Source of the DNA: Octopus sinensis
Lineage: Eukaryota
DNA length: 64,000 nucleotides
Direction of reading: 5' to 3'
Assembly (NCBI RefSeq): GCF_006345805.1
Contig: NC_043007.1
Coordinates: 32,302,001-32,366,000 of the forward strand
Under the pieces are notes generated by a model that ran no database searches, was not told where the DNA came from, and was given only the letters and a program-made list of their open reading frames with translations. Below are positions 24,573-37,213 of this stretch, in pieces. How positions within the stretch are numbered: the first letter of the stretch is position 1; the number at the start of each line of letters is the position of its first letter. Made by a program: the position numbers and the translations under genes.

Positions 24573-24836
24573 GTATATATATATATATATAAATTAAAAT
24601 AAGCAACAGGGATACCCAGAGGTAATGCAGTATGATCGTTTCAAGCAACTCCATTTAATTGAACAATGCAATCATTACATCAGTTTCAATGCAGAGAAAT
24701 CTGGTGCCTCAACTTATGTACCTAATTCATCTGAAATATATATATATATATGTGTATATATATATATATATATATGTGTATATATAATATATATATGTGT
24801 ATATATATATATATATATATGTGTATATATATATAA

Positions 24837-24936
24837 NNNNNNNNNNNNNNNNNNNNNNNNNNNNNNNNNNNNNNNNNNNNNNNNNNNNNNNNNNNNNNNN
24901 NNNNNNNNNNNNNNNNNNNNNNNNNNNNNNNNNNNN
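24837..24936. other. Assembly gap (100 N)
   Basis: Exactly 100 N next to a (TA)n tract, the usual placeholder for an unknown-size gap. Confidence 0.99.
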
Positions 24937-25254
24937 AGTTTGACTGAGAGAACTGGTAAGTCAGAAGACTGCATCAGGCTCCAATCTGATCTGGCAAAGT
25001 TTCTACAGCTGGATGCTCTTCCTATGCCAACCACTCCAAAAAGTGTAGTGGTGCTTTTTACGTGCTTACTGGCACGAGGGCAGTTGGGTGGTACTGGCAT
25101 TGGCCACACTTGAATGCTGCTTTTTACATGCCACCAGCATGGAAGCCAGTCAGGTGGTACTGGCAATGAGAGCCAAAACAAATCCTCTCCACCCCCTTTT
25201 TCCAGCACTCTTCCATTCTGTACCCTCCAATTTGAGGAGTTTCACACTGGATAT

Positions 25255-25592
25255 TGGAGACCCCCTTCGGTCACGAATGACCATGGGATTTCACTTACAA
25301 AGTTACCCTCCTAGGCACAAGTCCGGGCAAGGTTGTTTATGGAAGACTAGCAGTCGCCCATGCATACCGGTCTCACCTCTCCATGCCATCGACCTTATCC
25401 AAGGGAAAGGCAAAGGGGCCGATACAGCTTGGTACCAGTGATGTCACAACTCATTTCTACAGCTGAGTTAACTGGAGCAACGTGAAATAAAGTGTCTTGC
25501 TCAAGAACACAACACGCAGCCCGGTCCGGGATTCGAACTCACAACGCCACGGTCATAAGATCGATGCTCTAACCACTGAGCCATGTGCCTTC
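25255..25592 (-). mobile_element. SINE family C (tRNA head plus tgtgttcttgagcaagacacttta central domain)
   Basis: Minus strand: A box TGGCTCAGTGG, B box GAGTTCGAATCCCC. Related copies at about 23560, 36475, 44940, 49090, 58270, 61420. Confidence 0.8.
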
Positions 25593-27245
25593 ACTGCTTC
25601 CTCCCTAACAAGGGACATATTAAAATACATTTCCAACAGAATGCTAGTCAAGCCACAAGAAATTTAATGCAACAGAACTTTTACATCATTCCGCCCACCA
25701 CACAGGAAGGAGCATCACTATTTTGTGACAGACTCTGTATAAAAAGCATGCTGGGCAGAAAACTAGATTTCATTCTGCTGACTGACAACTCTGCTGCATC
25801 CCACACAACTGTGACTATTTGACAAAGGCCGTAGTGTGATAGATCAGATCAGATAAAGACACACAACACATCAGCTGCCTTTGATCTATGTATGTGTATG
25901 ACTCTCTAAACACTCACTCAGTTATCACTGTACAATAAGACATCAGTGTGAAAAGAGCCGACTTCAATCTAATTAATGACATTTGTGCAAATGAAAGGAC
26001 AGGCTAAATGAATATGGTATTTGATTACAAGCTGAAATTCACTGTAGGTTTTTTTTTTTAGGAGAAAAGAGGTGAGTATATTTTAGCTGTACATTTGATT
26101 CTACATTCCTCAGTTCACTAGGAAAACACCAGATCTTCTGGTATCTGGCCTTAAAGACAACAGTGCCCTACCTAGGAGAAGATTTATCTCATCTGTATAA
26201 TTCCTTTAAACCTGTGTTAGACATCAGATACTTAAGGGAGATTAATTTTTTTTTATTTAATCATCAACAATAGCTAGAGCAATAATAACCATAAGCTAGC
26301 AAGGAAGCCTCTACGGGGTCACTTGATCAGCTAGAAATAGCAGCCAAATTTTCTTAAATTGTTCAAAAAGAGGAAAAGACACATTTGGTGTTAGAGATGT
26401 AGGAAATCTTAAACAAATGTGATGAGCATGTGTAAAATACTTTTAAATTATAAATCTGCTTGATTACTTTTCACCTGGCGCTAAAACAGATACCATTTTA
26501 TATACTGTTATATCTTAGAAAAACAACCAAAACGCAAAATACGAGAAACTTACACAGAGGGCACCACTTCCCACACAACTAAGGGCAAACAACCACAACA
26601 GTACCACTTGAACAAAGATTAGCATCATGCTTGAAACTCAGAGTACCAAGGATTTCAAATCAAACTATATATATATTATCATCATCGTTTAACGTCCGTT
26701 TTCCGCGCTAGCACCGGGGTCTGGGAAGCCAGGGGCTGCGCCAGGCTCCAGTCTGATCTGGCAGTGTTTCTACAGCTGGATGCCCTTCCTAACGCCAACC
26801 ACTGCCAGGTGCCAGGGGAGTCCAAAGGTTCTGATTTCTAGTGCTCAAAGTTACTCGTTTCCGATCATCGGCTGGTAAACCAAGCCTAATTTTCTTCAGA
26901 AATATCCACAGCTGATGATTGGAAATGAGTAACCCTCAATACTGGAAATTGGAGTCTGACAGTTATAATGTATTAAAGAATACTTTACATGCGTATTGAG
27001 TGCTGCAATTTATTGCTTCTAGTGAATCAACAGATATATATATATATATATATAAGATAGAGATGTGTACCAACATCCCATATGATAGGCTTGATAACTG
27101 CTGAGGACTCTCAACATGAAACCAATGGTAGCCTTGTTAACTCACAAATAAAGAATATTTATCCACCAATGCAGCATTGAGCACTCATTCTCTCCATTCA
27201 GTATTAGCTTGTGTGTGCATGCATGTGTATAGTGGTTAGAATTCC

Positions 27246-27317
27246 TCCCATGTGGTCTAGTGGTTCGGATTCCTGGCTTTCACCCAGACAGCCCGGGTTC
27301 GATTCCCGGCATGGGAA
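27246..27317 (+). tRNA. tRNA-Glu (anticodon TTC)
   Basis: 72 nt: acceptor TCCCATG/CATGGGA (7/7), anticodon loop CTTTCAC with TTC at 27279-27281, T-arm CCGGG-TTCGATT-CCCGG; closely matches the metazoan tRNA-Glu-TTC consensus. Confidence 0.9.
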
Positions 27318-27323
27318 TGTTAA

Positions 27324-27329
27324 TTTTTT
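27324..27329 (+). terminator. Pol III terminator (T6)
   Basis: TTTTTT run 6 nt after the tRNA discriminator base. Confidence 0.75.
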
Positions 27330-27487
27330 AGGCGCAGGAGTGGCTGTGTGGTAAGAAGCTTGCTTTCCAACCACATGGTTCCGAGTTCAGTCCCACTGCA
27401 TTGCACCTTGGGCAAGTTTCTTCTTCTATAGCCTCAGGCTGACCAAAGCCTTGTGAAAGATTTGGTAGATGGAAACTGAAAGAATCC

Positions 27488-27533
<46 letters not shown>

Positions 27534-27733
27534 ATTTGTATGTCTCCCCACCATCGCTTGACAACCAATGTTGGTGTGTTTATGTCCCCGTAACTTAGCA
27601 GCTCAGCAAAAGGGACCGACAGAATAAATACTAGGCTTACAAAAAATAAGTCCAGTGGTCAATTTCTGCGACTAAAGGCAGTGTTCCAGCATGGCCACAG
27701 TCCAATGACTGAAACAAGTGAAAGAATAAAAGA
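27330..27733 (+). mobile_element. SINE family B, full length, directly after the tRNA terminator
   Basis: aggcgcaggagtggctgtgtgg starts immediately after T6. Confidence 0.9.
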
Positions 27734-28947
27734 CTATATATATACTATGACAGAGTCAAACTGAGATGTAAAAGTACAACTTTATATACTACCACAGGCT
27801 TTCCAGAGACACTATTTCATAGACTGCTACAGAGATATACACAGACTCCCTTTTATATATCACTAAAAAAATTTAAGTAATGACACACATTTGCATAACG
27901 CAAGAGATTAACACTAAAACAGGATTTATTTCTTTAGCCATGCTTTTAGCTCAGTTGCCTTCATTTATCCAATCTACCTTTGCTATTAAAATCTATGCAG
28001 TAATCAAATATGGCTATAATTAGTAAAATCCTTTTACATTTAACGAAACGGGCAATTTCATTGGCTTGTACGGTGGTATCACTCCCTAAAACATCATTCT
28101 GGTCGGCTTGCTCCACACGAAGAGAATTACTCAAGCTATTCTATTTGCTCACAAGCGTAACAAAATATGTTGAAAATGCAAGAGAATCTGTTTGAAACTG
28201 GACAAACCTGTTATTAAGAGGAATGTGCATTAGGAGTAATTTTCAAACCCAATATATAACGATGATGATTTAGATGAAAATTGTGTGTTGGAACAATAGG
28301 AACAGAGAAATATAATCAAGCAGAATAATAGATGAAACCAAAAGTATTTCATGGAACGGAACAATATTTCTAGCTTCTGCTCATTTGTAACAGTATTATT
28401 ACTAAATGCACATGCATCAGTGATTCTAGTTCAAATCCAGTTTAGAATAAAACATTTGAAGGTGATTATCAAAGATCAAACTGATCAAAGCATAGTGAAG
28501 ATCATCAACATCATCACCATTATTTAACATCTGTTTCCCATGTTTGACAGGAGCTGATGAGGCCAGGAGTTGCAACAAGTTTCTGCAGCTGGATGCCCTT
28601 CCTAACGCCACCCACTTTACAGACTGCACTGGGTGCTTCATACATGGCACCATCACCAGTGCTTTTTACGTGGCACCATATTAAAACATTTTCCATCCTC
28701 CAAAATGAGGTTGATAGTAAAAAAATTTATAATTATATTAAAAATAAATTATTCAAGATATTCAGTCATATTATAATTGTTGCAATAATAATAATAACAA
28801 CAACAATGATAATAACAATGATGATAATAACGACAACAACGAGAGCACAAACTTCTGCCAAGGCAACACCAATGTCCTCTCAAGGATTAGCCAGAAATGA
28901 TTTTTTTAAAAATGAGAATGTCTGAAATAAACTCGACTGCTCTCACT

Positions 28948-29888
28948 TACAAGAATACTAAAAATGAACCGAACCGCTCTCAAAAGTTAAATTAAAAAAC
29001 TGGAAAAATAATCCAGAATCCTTGTCCAGTACCTGATCGATCCCAATGGTAGTCATGGAATGTAAAGGTGGGTGTGCGGGCGATGTTTGTAATGCTGTGT
29101 GTGTCTCATCTGCAGTGGGAACAGGTAAAATTTTCTCTATGAAGGCTTTTTTTAGTCTATCCACTGATATAGGGTCTTTATGACCATTAAGGTCTACAGT
29201 GAAAAGTTTATCTGTGCGTGAAAGAAAATGGAAAGGACCTGCATACGGTGCTGTTAACGGAGGTTTAATAACATCATTGTACACAAAAACGTGAGTCCAA
29301 AAAATAAAGCTTCCTTCAAGGCAGAGCTAGAAATGGAAATGTCAAGTAGGTAAGAGGTTTTAAACAGGAGCCATATATTCAAGATTGGTAAAACTAAAAA
29401 TTGTTGAGGATAAATTAAATTTATTATTGTTACTGAATAGGTTAGTGTTATTGAAGTTCTGAATGGTTTCGCTGCTGTTTGTTTATGGAGTTTGATTTCT
29501 TTATCCATCAGTTTCTACGAAGATAGAAACGTGAGTAAAATTAATAGAGAAACAAAAATAAAACTTTGGAAACAGCAATGCCACCATAATTTACGTGGAA
29601 ACCAGGTGTGTTCTTTCAAGGGAGATAATCAGAGAAAGACTTGAAAGTCAACATAAGACTATAATACTTCAAGTAAAGTAAATATAGCAAATAATCCAGA
29701 ATCCTTGTCCAGTACTGGATCAATCCCAAAATCTAATCAGTTCGTGCCAGTCACAAGGCCAAACATCCCTGAAAGTTTAATCCGAATCCATCCAGCAGTT
29801 CTTGAGATATCTTGTCCACAGACAAACAAACAAACAAACAAACATAGCTGAAAACAATACCTCCACCTTCGCTTAGGCGGAGGTAATA
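28948..29888 (+). mobile_element. Non-autonomous Helentron-like element (composite)
   Basis: 3' end (CAAA)n then gaaaacaatacctccaccttcgcttaggcggaggtaata (terminal hairpin 29858-29885), like known Helentron-associated elements; the 5' boundary is uncertain. Confidence 0.6.
29047..29330 (-). pseudogene. Ty3/Gypsy integrase C-terminal fragment
   Basis: THVFVYNDVIKPPLTAPYAGPFHFLSRTDKLFTVDLNGHKDPISVDRLKKAF matches the Gypsy post-integrase motif VFV..D....PL..PY.GP..V..R.DK.F......V..DRLK. Confidence 0.8.
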
Positions 29889-30299
29889 ATAATAATCATC
29901 GTCCTCATCATTATTGCTCACCATCAGGCAAAGAGAACTTGTAAGTACATTTCCACCTAATCAGCTGACTTGTCGTCGTAGCTGCCAACTCTCTCAACAA
30001 TCTCATTATCACATCAGGAATCTTGCAAAACGAATTGAATCTCATTATCATCTTTAAAAAATAAGAGGGAAAACACAATTCCTGATTTAAAGATGAAAAT
30101 CAACAAGACTTGGCTGCTGACTAAGCAATATAGCTTAACCTACATCGGCTGCGTGGTTAAGAAGCCCAGCTTGCAAGCGTGCAGTTTCTAGCTCAGACCC
30201 ACTGCATGGCAACTGTCTTCTACAATAGCCTCAGGCTGACCAATGCTTTGTGAATGATTTAGTAGATGGAGAATGGAAACTATATGGAAGCCCATCATG

Positions 30300-30346
<47 letters not shown>

Positions 30347-30639
30347 CAAAGACAGATGTTTATGTGTTTGTGTTCATCATTCTACTCCCCACCACTTGAC
30401 ACCCGATGTTGGTGTGTTTACATCCCTATAGCAGTTCAGCAGGAGAGACTAGTAGGATAAGATAAAAATAAGTACAAGTGTTGATTTCTTTGACTAAAGA
30501 CTCTTCAAAACGGTGCCCCAGCATGGCCACAGTCTAATGACTGAAACAAGAAAAAAGAATGAAAAGATACGTAACAGAATGGTTAGCATAACTTTCTTAT
30601 TTCACAATCCTCATAATTTCTTTCAACATCTGACTCTGC

Positions 30640-30970
30640 CCCCATCTTTAGCTCCAGCCCCACCCAACACCTCTCTGCTTGAGTGGGCTGGGGGACATCC
30701 CAGCTTCGAGGTCCTAGAGGCATCATCATGTGTAAAGCTGACAGGGTGCACAAGTGGCCACCATCGCTGTTGGTCTGTCCTGTATCAGCCTCTCTGCATC
30801 CTCCAAGATGATGCTGAGCCTCAGGAGATCTTCCAGAAATACATCCAGCCATCTGGTGCAGGGCCTGCCACGGAGCATCCTCCAGCCTGCAGCTGCTGCA
30901 TCAAACAAGTATAAACCCCTGGTACAGACATGTCTTCTGCCTCCTGCCAGATCATACATCTCTGAGACAG
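30640..30970 (-). mobile_element. RTE-like ORF2 C-terminus, third and GC-richer family
   Basis: LYLFDAAAAGWRMLRGRPCTRWLDVFLEDLLRLSIILEDAERLIQDR matches the RTE terminal RGRP.TRW.D....DL...DA..L.QDR pattern. Confidence 0.7.
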
Positions 30971-31219
30971 ATAATTAAATAAAGCTATGTTGATGAAGAA
31001 AAGAGGAGAGAATGATTCTGGCCTGCTTTGCTTTTGGACCAAGTTAAGTGGGGAAGTTAGATTACAAAACAGTTAAGTGTGGGGGTGGATGATTGCCCAC
31101 TTAACTTGTTCTTGTTTTCATGACCTTATTTATTTGTTCTATGTCCTTCATTACATATAATTGCATTCACAATTCATGTGTTTGTAGGCAGTCGAGTGCT
31201 TGTGCATGTTGATGTGTCT

Positions 31220-31702
31220 TTAAACCTTTAATATTCAAACCAGCCACATCTAACCCAAATATTATATTTGTTTTATGCTCAAACTGGCCATAACTGGCCC
31301 AAATATTCTTGTTTCATGTTTAACCCTTTCAATACCAACCCGGCTGAAACCGGCTCTGAGTACAAATGTCTTGCTTTCATAAGTTCTGAATTAAAATCTG
31401 CCACGAAACCTTAGTCACAGTTTATCTTCCCAAAACTAGCTTAATGATGACAAAGTTATTTTACTAAATTCTTTGTTATATTTAAAGTAATTGAAAGAAA
31501 TACAGAGCATCTCGAAATAAATACGGCAACGAAAGGGTTAAACTGGCCATATCTGGCTTCTTAAACCTACCCTACAATGTCACACTAAAAATAAGCAATC
31601 ACATCATTGAAATTTGGAAGCTAAAAGATAACGGTTAATTCAAAACAATATGAATAAATAAGCATTACATTTGACAGATTAATCTGAATGCTCAAAGGTT
31701 AA
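31220..31702. mobile_element. piggyBac-like MITE E with a second TTAA MITE nested inside (31324-31537)
   Basis: Inner element TTAA-CCCTTTC...GAAAGGG-TTAA (TTAA 31320-31323 and 31538-31541); outer sequence matches 3711-3922. Confidence 0.85.
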
Positions 31703-31984
31703 ACAGCAATTACTCTAATTAATTATTAGTGACATGTGCTTTTATGCAGCAAGTGCCTATATTGGAGGATCTCTCAAGGCTAATAATGCAGTAATTGGTG
31801 TTCTGACAAGGCAACCACATTTAGCTGGATATAAAGATTAACAACTGTAACATTTTGGTAAGGCTAGAAACATCTCAAACACATTTATGTTGGAAATATT
31901 ACATCAAGTGGTCCTGTCTTTCATTAGCTAAAACAAACAATGTAGCCGACATCTTTCATCATTATTTATAAAATTATCCATCAT

Positions 31985-32232
31985 CTTTCCAACAACAACC
32001 TAAGGCACCTTTCTGAATTCCATACATCTAACACTCATGGACATGCTTACAAAATCATAAAAAACAACACAGCATCCATGACTTTCAGAAACATTTGTTT
32101 TCACGCTCAGAATTGATGAAGCATGGGAATAAACTACTCATATCAGTTGTTACCTGTCAAGATATACAACATCCTTCAAAACTTCCAGGCTTCCTGAAAT
32201 TCACCAACAGATACACCTGATTCCCCAACCAC
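31985..32232 (+). mobile_element. CR1-like LINE 3' fragment (decayed)
   Basis: Parallel to 59700-59930 (ctaacactcatggacatgcttacaaa...cttcctgaaattcaccaacagatacacctga). Confidence 0.65.
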
Positions 32233-32385
32233 ACCCCTGTTATTATCATTATTATTATTACTATTATTATTATTATTATTATTACTATTACTATTATTAT
32301 TATTATTATTACTATTATTATTATTATTATGGAGTGAGAGAGCAGTGCATGCCATCAAAGTGACACTGGGGTAAAATATATGAAA

Positions 32386-32544
32386 CGCAGGAGTGGCTGT
32401 GTGGTAAGTAGCTTGCTAACCAACCACATGGTTCCGGGTTCAGTCCCACTGCGTGGCACCTTGGGCAAGTGTCTTCTACTATAGCTTTGGGCCGACCAAA
32501 GCCTTGTGAGTGGATTTGGTAGACGGAAACTGAAAGAAGCCTGT

Positions 32545-32609
<65 letters not shown>

Positions 32610-32810
32610 ATATGTTTGTCCCTCTAGCATTGCTTGACAACCGATGCTGGTATGTTTACGTCCCCGTCACTTAGCGGTTCAGCAAAAGAGACTGATAGAA
32701 TAAGTACTGGGCTTACAAAGAATAAGTCCCGGGGTCGATTTGCTCGACTAAAGGTGGTGCTCCAGCATGGCCGCAGTCAAATGATTGAAACAAGTAAAAG
32801 AGTAAAAGAG
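32386..32810 (+). mobile_element. Young SINE family B copy inserted into another repeat with a (TTA)n tail
   Basis: Near-consensus, CpG-rich copy; the flanks gtgacactggggtaaaatata..gaa and gaagcccagtatacccatcatg appear to be one interrupted repeat. Confidence 0.85.
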
Positions 32811-33432
32811 AAGCCCAGTATACCCATCATGACTACTCGTCTGATAAGGGTACACCAGGCACGTGCATCACAACCACATGTGCTCGACATGGTGATCTCA
32901 TATCAAGATAAATATTATTATTATTATTATTTGAAGACTTATTCACTGTTCACTTCCTGTGCCTTATTCTATAAACTGTTCATGTAGTTTGGTTTACTTT
33001 TTTTCTGATGTGTTCGAATGCACCTGATGAAATCCTGTTTTATTTCGTGACAAAAACCATTTCATTGGTTGCATCTCTTTCTATTCCTGTGAAAGTAACC
33101 GTTTTTAGTATATTAAATGAAGGTTTGGTGTGGCATTCATATGTATATGGTTGCTAGGAGTGCCAACATATCAAAATACAGTTATGAGAGGTGTGGCATA
33201 CTAAGATCTTCATTCCAAGCTTCTGAGAAAACCTGCAGTAAGAAGGCACTGGTTTAAACTGTCATAAGCCGCAATTTAGCATGGAAACAGGCTCTGCTAA
33301 AATGCTGCATATGTAAAAGGTTTCTCATTTTGCTAAATTTATTTCCTTGTTTAATCTTTTTGTTACCATATTTTTGCTTCTGTATTTTACTTTTATTTCA
33401 ATTCATTTAAAAAAAAATAATGTAGAATGTCA

Positions 33433-34283
33433 GCGCAGGTGTGGCTGTGTGGTAAGAAGCCTTCTTCCCAACTGTATGGTCCCAGGTTCAGTCCCACTGC
33501 ATGGCACCTTGGGCAAGAGTCTTCTACTACAGCCTCAGGCCGACCAAAGCCTTGTGAGTGCATTTGGTAGACGGAAACTGAAAAAGACTGTCATATATAT
33601 ATATATATATAATATATATACTCTCTCTTTTTACTCTTTTACTTGTTAGTCATTTGACTGTGGCCATGCTAGAGCACCACCTTTAGTCGAGCAAATTGAC
33701 CCCAGGACTTATTCTTTGTAAGCCTCATACCTATTCTATCGGTCTCTTATGGTGAACCGCTAAGTTACAGGGACGCAAACACACCAGCATTGGTTGTCAA
33801 GCGAGGTTGGGGCGACAAACACAGACACACATATGTATATATATATATGGTGGTGTACCCCCTACTGTCATGTTCTTGTTAGATTGACAGTATACAACCA
33901 TTCTATATATATATAGATATATATATATTTATATACACACACTCACACACACATACGATGGGCTTCTTTCAGTTTCCGTCTACCAAATCCACTCACAAGG
34001 CTTTGGTCGGCCCGAGGCAAGTAGTAGAAGACACTTGCCCAAGGTGCCACGCAGTGGGACTGAACCCGGAACCATGTGGTTGGTAAGCAAGCTACTTACC
34101 ACACAGCCACTCCTACGCCTATATGTATGTATGTATGTATGTGTGGGTTTGTGTCTGTGTTTTCCCACCACCACCATTGCTTGACAACCGATGTTGGTAT
34201 GTTCACATCCCAGTAACTTAGCAGTTCAGCAAAACAGACCGATAGAATAAGTACTAGATTTACAAAGAATAAGTCCTGGGGGT
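33433..34283. mobile_element. Nested SINE B (+) containing SINE B (-) containing a 53-bp insert
   Basis: Plus head 33433-33592, minus copy 33621-34119 split by 33848-33900, plus 3' half 34121-34283. Confidence 0.8.
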
Positions 34284-34426
34284 CAGTTTGTCTGACTGAG
34301 AAGACACAGGGAGCTCAAGGCAGTCCTCCAGTCTCTCAGATCCTATTGAATGGTCCAACTCAAGCCATCAGGAAATATGGACATTAAAGGATGATGATGG
34401 TGATAATGTATGCATATGTATGTGTG

Positions 34427-34470
<44 letters not shown>

Positions 34471-35108
34471 AATAATAATAATAATTATTATAATAATATT
34501 GGGGAGTATACCTTCAAACTTACAGGGGAAAATTCAATTTAGTATTAAATCAAATTTCACAATATAAATATATGAAATATAAATTTGAGAAAAACACCAC
34601 TATTATGCAATTCAATTATATATATATTATATTATATATATTTTATTTTTTATTTATGATTTGGTTTATGTCTATCATTGCTTGAATTGCATAATAGTAG
34701 TTTTCTCTCTAATTTATATTTTATATATATATATATATCTCATCATCATCGTTTAACGTCCGTGGGTGCATATGTATATGTGTGTGTGCTGTGCATGTGT
34801 ATACTTGCATTTGTGTGTGCATGCGTAGATGAATGGATGAATAAAGACAGACAGATAGACAGACAAACAGACAGACAGATTTCTTTCACAAACAAGAGGT
34901 TGACAGAAGCTCTTCACTGATGGTTAAAGTCACTTTCAACCTTTTCTTTGTAAAAAAATATCTTTGATATTCATTCTCCATATTGAATGTTTTATTCGAT
35001 GTAATTACACGCTAAAAAGCGCACACACACACACACGCAGATGCCTCGCTATTTATTCATCTTAGCGACAAATCCTCATGAAAAATAATCTCAGCATTAA
35101 CAACGGCT

Positions 35109-35122
35109 GTTTCCTTGGCAAC
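35109..35122. promoter_or_regulatory. RFX X-box-like motif GTTTCCTTGGCAAC
   Basis: Matches the X-box half-sites GTTTCC/GGCAAC in unique, relatively CpG-rich sequence. Confidence 0.35.
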
Positions 35123-36669
35123 CGAATTCTGTCTTTCATCAAGTGAATCTAGAAAATATACAACACGAATCTCTTCAAGTGTGCCAGTCGGAAACAAATA
35201 GAGGAACAACCACATGGACTTGAAGTAGGTGTGGACAATTTTTTAAAAGAATTTAAATAGTTAAAAAAAAGAATAAAGAATAGAGAAAAAAATACTTAAA
35301 AAAAACTAGACACAATTACCTAAATTAAATCTATTCATCATCATTTAGTCTCCGTTTTCCATGCTGCATGGGTTGGACGGTTTGGCAGGAACTGACCAGC
35401 TGAAGAACTGTCCAGGCTCCATGTCTCCCTTTGGCATGGTTTCTGTGGCTGGATGCCCTCCCCAACGCCAACCACTTTACAGAGTGTGCTGGGTGCCTTT
35501 TATGCGGCACTGGCACATTTACGTGGCACCAGCACCCTGAAGCCTGTATGCAAGGACAGCCAACATCTAGGACAGCATAGTACATAATGGTGTGTGTGTG
35601 TGTGGGGGGGGTCACTCCATCTGGGTTTTAAAAAGTACCCTAGAACAGATCGATATGAAAGCCACTACATGGTCATCATCTGCTAGAAATAGCAACCTAA
35701 TTTCCATTAACTCACATCCTAGCATCTAGAAAAAGGAAAAGGTGCACATACACAGATCACCCTATATATCCTTAAAATATTTTGAGTGGTCATGGATGGA
35801 AAAGTGTTTTTATTGCAGGTCTAAACAACAAGTACTGTGGATATTTCTTTAACCCAGCTGGAGCAATAAGGTAATATATATGTTTGCATCATCATCATTG
35901 AGCGTCTGCTTTCCATGGACACTGCTCTCTTGAGTCCTTAGACATGTAGGGCTGGTTGCCTGGTTTCCATGACCTATAAGTGACCATCCCATTGAACAGG
36001 ACACCAGTTGACCATAGGCTTACTTGCTGTGTAGGTAGTCTTCAGTCCTTTACTGGTTTCAGTCATTAGATTGTGGCCAAGCTAGAGCACCATGGTTTCT
36101 ACACTTGGGTGCCCTTCCTAATGCCAACCACTCCAAGAGTGTAATCGGTGCTTTTTATGTACCACTGGCGCAGGTGCCTTTTACATGACACTGGCATCTG
36201 CCACAACTACAATTTCACAGGTGTCATATACATGATACTGGCAACCGCTACGGTTTCGCTTGACTTGACGAATCTTCTGAAGCACAACATATATATGTAA
36301 GCTTTAAGTGAGTTCAGTTGTTTTAATTTAATTCATTTTAATTGTTTCCTTGATGAAAAGCTATTGTATTAATTAACCACCAACATCATAAAAGCCAGTA
36401 GTTACTAACAAAATGACCAAGTTTGTCATTTCAGTTCAGATAGTACCACATATGTCCAGGTGTCTATGTATGGTGGAAGATGTGTAGCCTAGTGGTAAGG
36501 ATACTGCACTCAAAATTGTGTGACGGTGGTTTCAATTCCCAGGCCAGGCAGTACAATGTGTTCTTCAGGAAAGCACTTCATTTCACTTTGCTCCAGTCCA
36601 CTCTGCTGCAAGCAAGTAAGCCTGTGGTCAACTGGTGTCCTGTTCAATGGGATGATCACTTACCTAAGA

Positions 36670-37213
36670 AACCTGTGGAAGGGGTAGACCCAGGATAACC
36701 TGGGATGAGGTGGTGAAGCACGACCTTCAAACATCAGGCCTCACCGAGGCAATGACTAGTGACCAAGACCTTTGAAAATATGCTGTGCTTGAGAAGACTT
36801 GGCAAGCCAAATGAGACCATAACCCGTGGCCTATGCCAGGGGTGTAAACAGCCCACTTATGCATACCTTTCCTTCATTGGACCCTAAACTCTGCTTGCAA
36901 AGACCTGTTGAGGCAAGTGAAATCAAAATTGAAATCAAATTTGATGACTGGTATCCGTGCTAGTGGAGCGCTAAGAGCACCATCCGAGCGTGATCGTTGC
37001 CAGAGCAGCTGAGTGGCTTCCGTGCCTGTGGCACGTAAAAAGCACCCACTACACTCTCGGAGTGGTTGGCATTAGGAAGGGCATCCAGCTGTAGAATCTC
37101 TGCCTGATCAAGATTGGAGCCTGGTGCAGCCATCTGGTTCGCCAGTCCTCAATCAAATCGTCCAACCCATGCTAGCATGGAAAACGGACGTTAAACGATG
37201 ATGATGATGATGA
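36670..37213 (+). mobile_element. RTE LINE 3' fragment, same family as 6240-7965
   Basis: High identity by eye to 7470-7965 (cctgtggaag.ggtaga...gcacgacctt...aaacgatgatgatg). Confidence 0.9.

Noticed and set aside
35819-35870. 52-nt segment with good AG/GT sites and one open frame (GLNNKYCGYFFNPAGAI)
   Set aside because: The acceptor lies in a decayed interspersed repeat (ctagaaatagca..cc.aa family), and the phase does not fit the candidate ATG exon at 35214.
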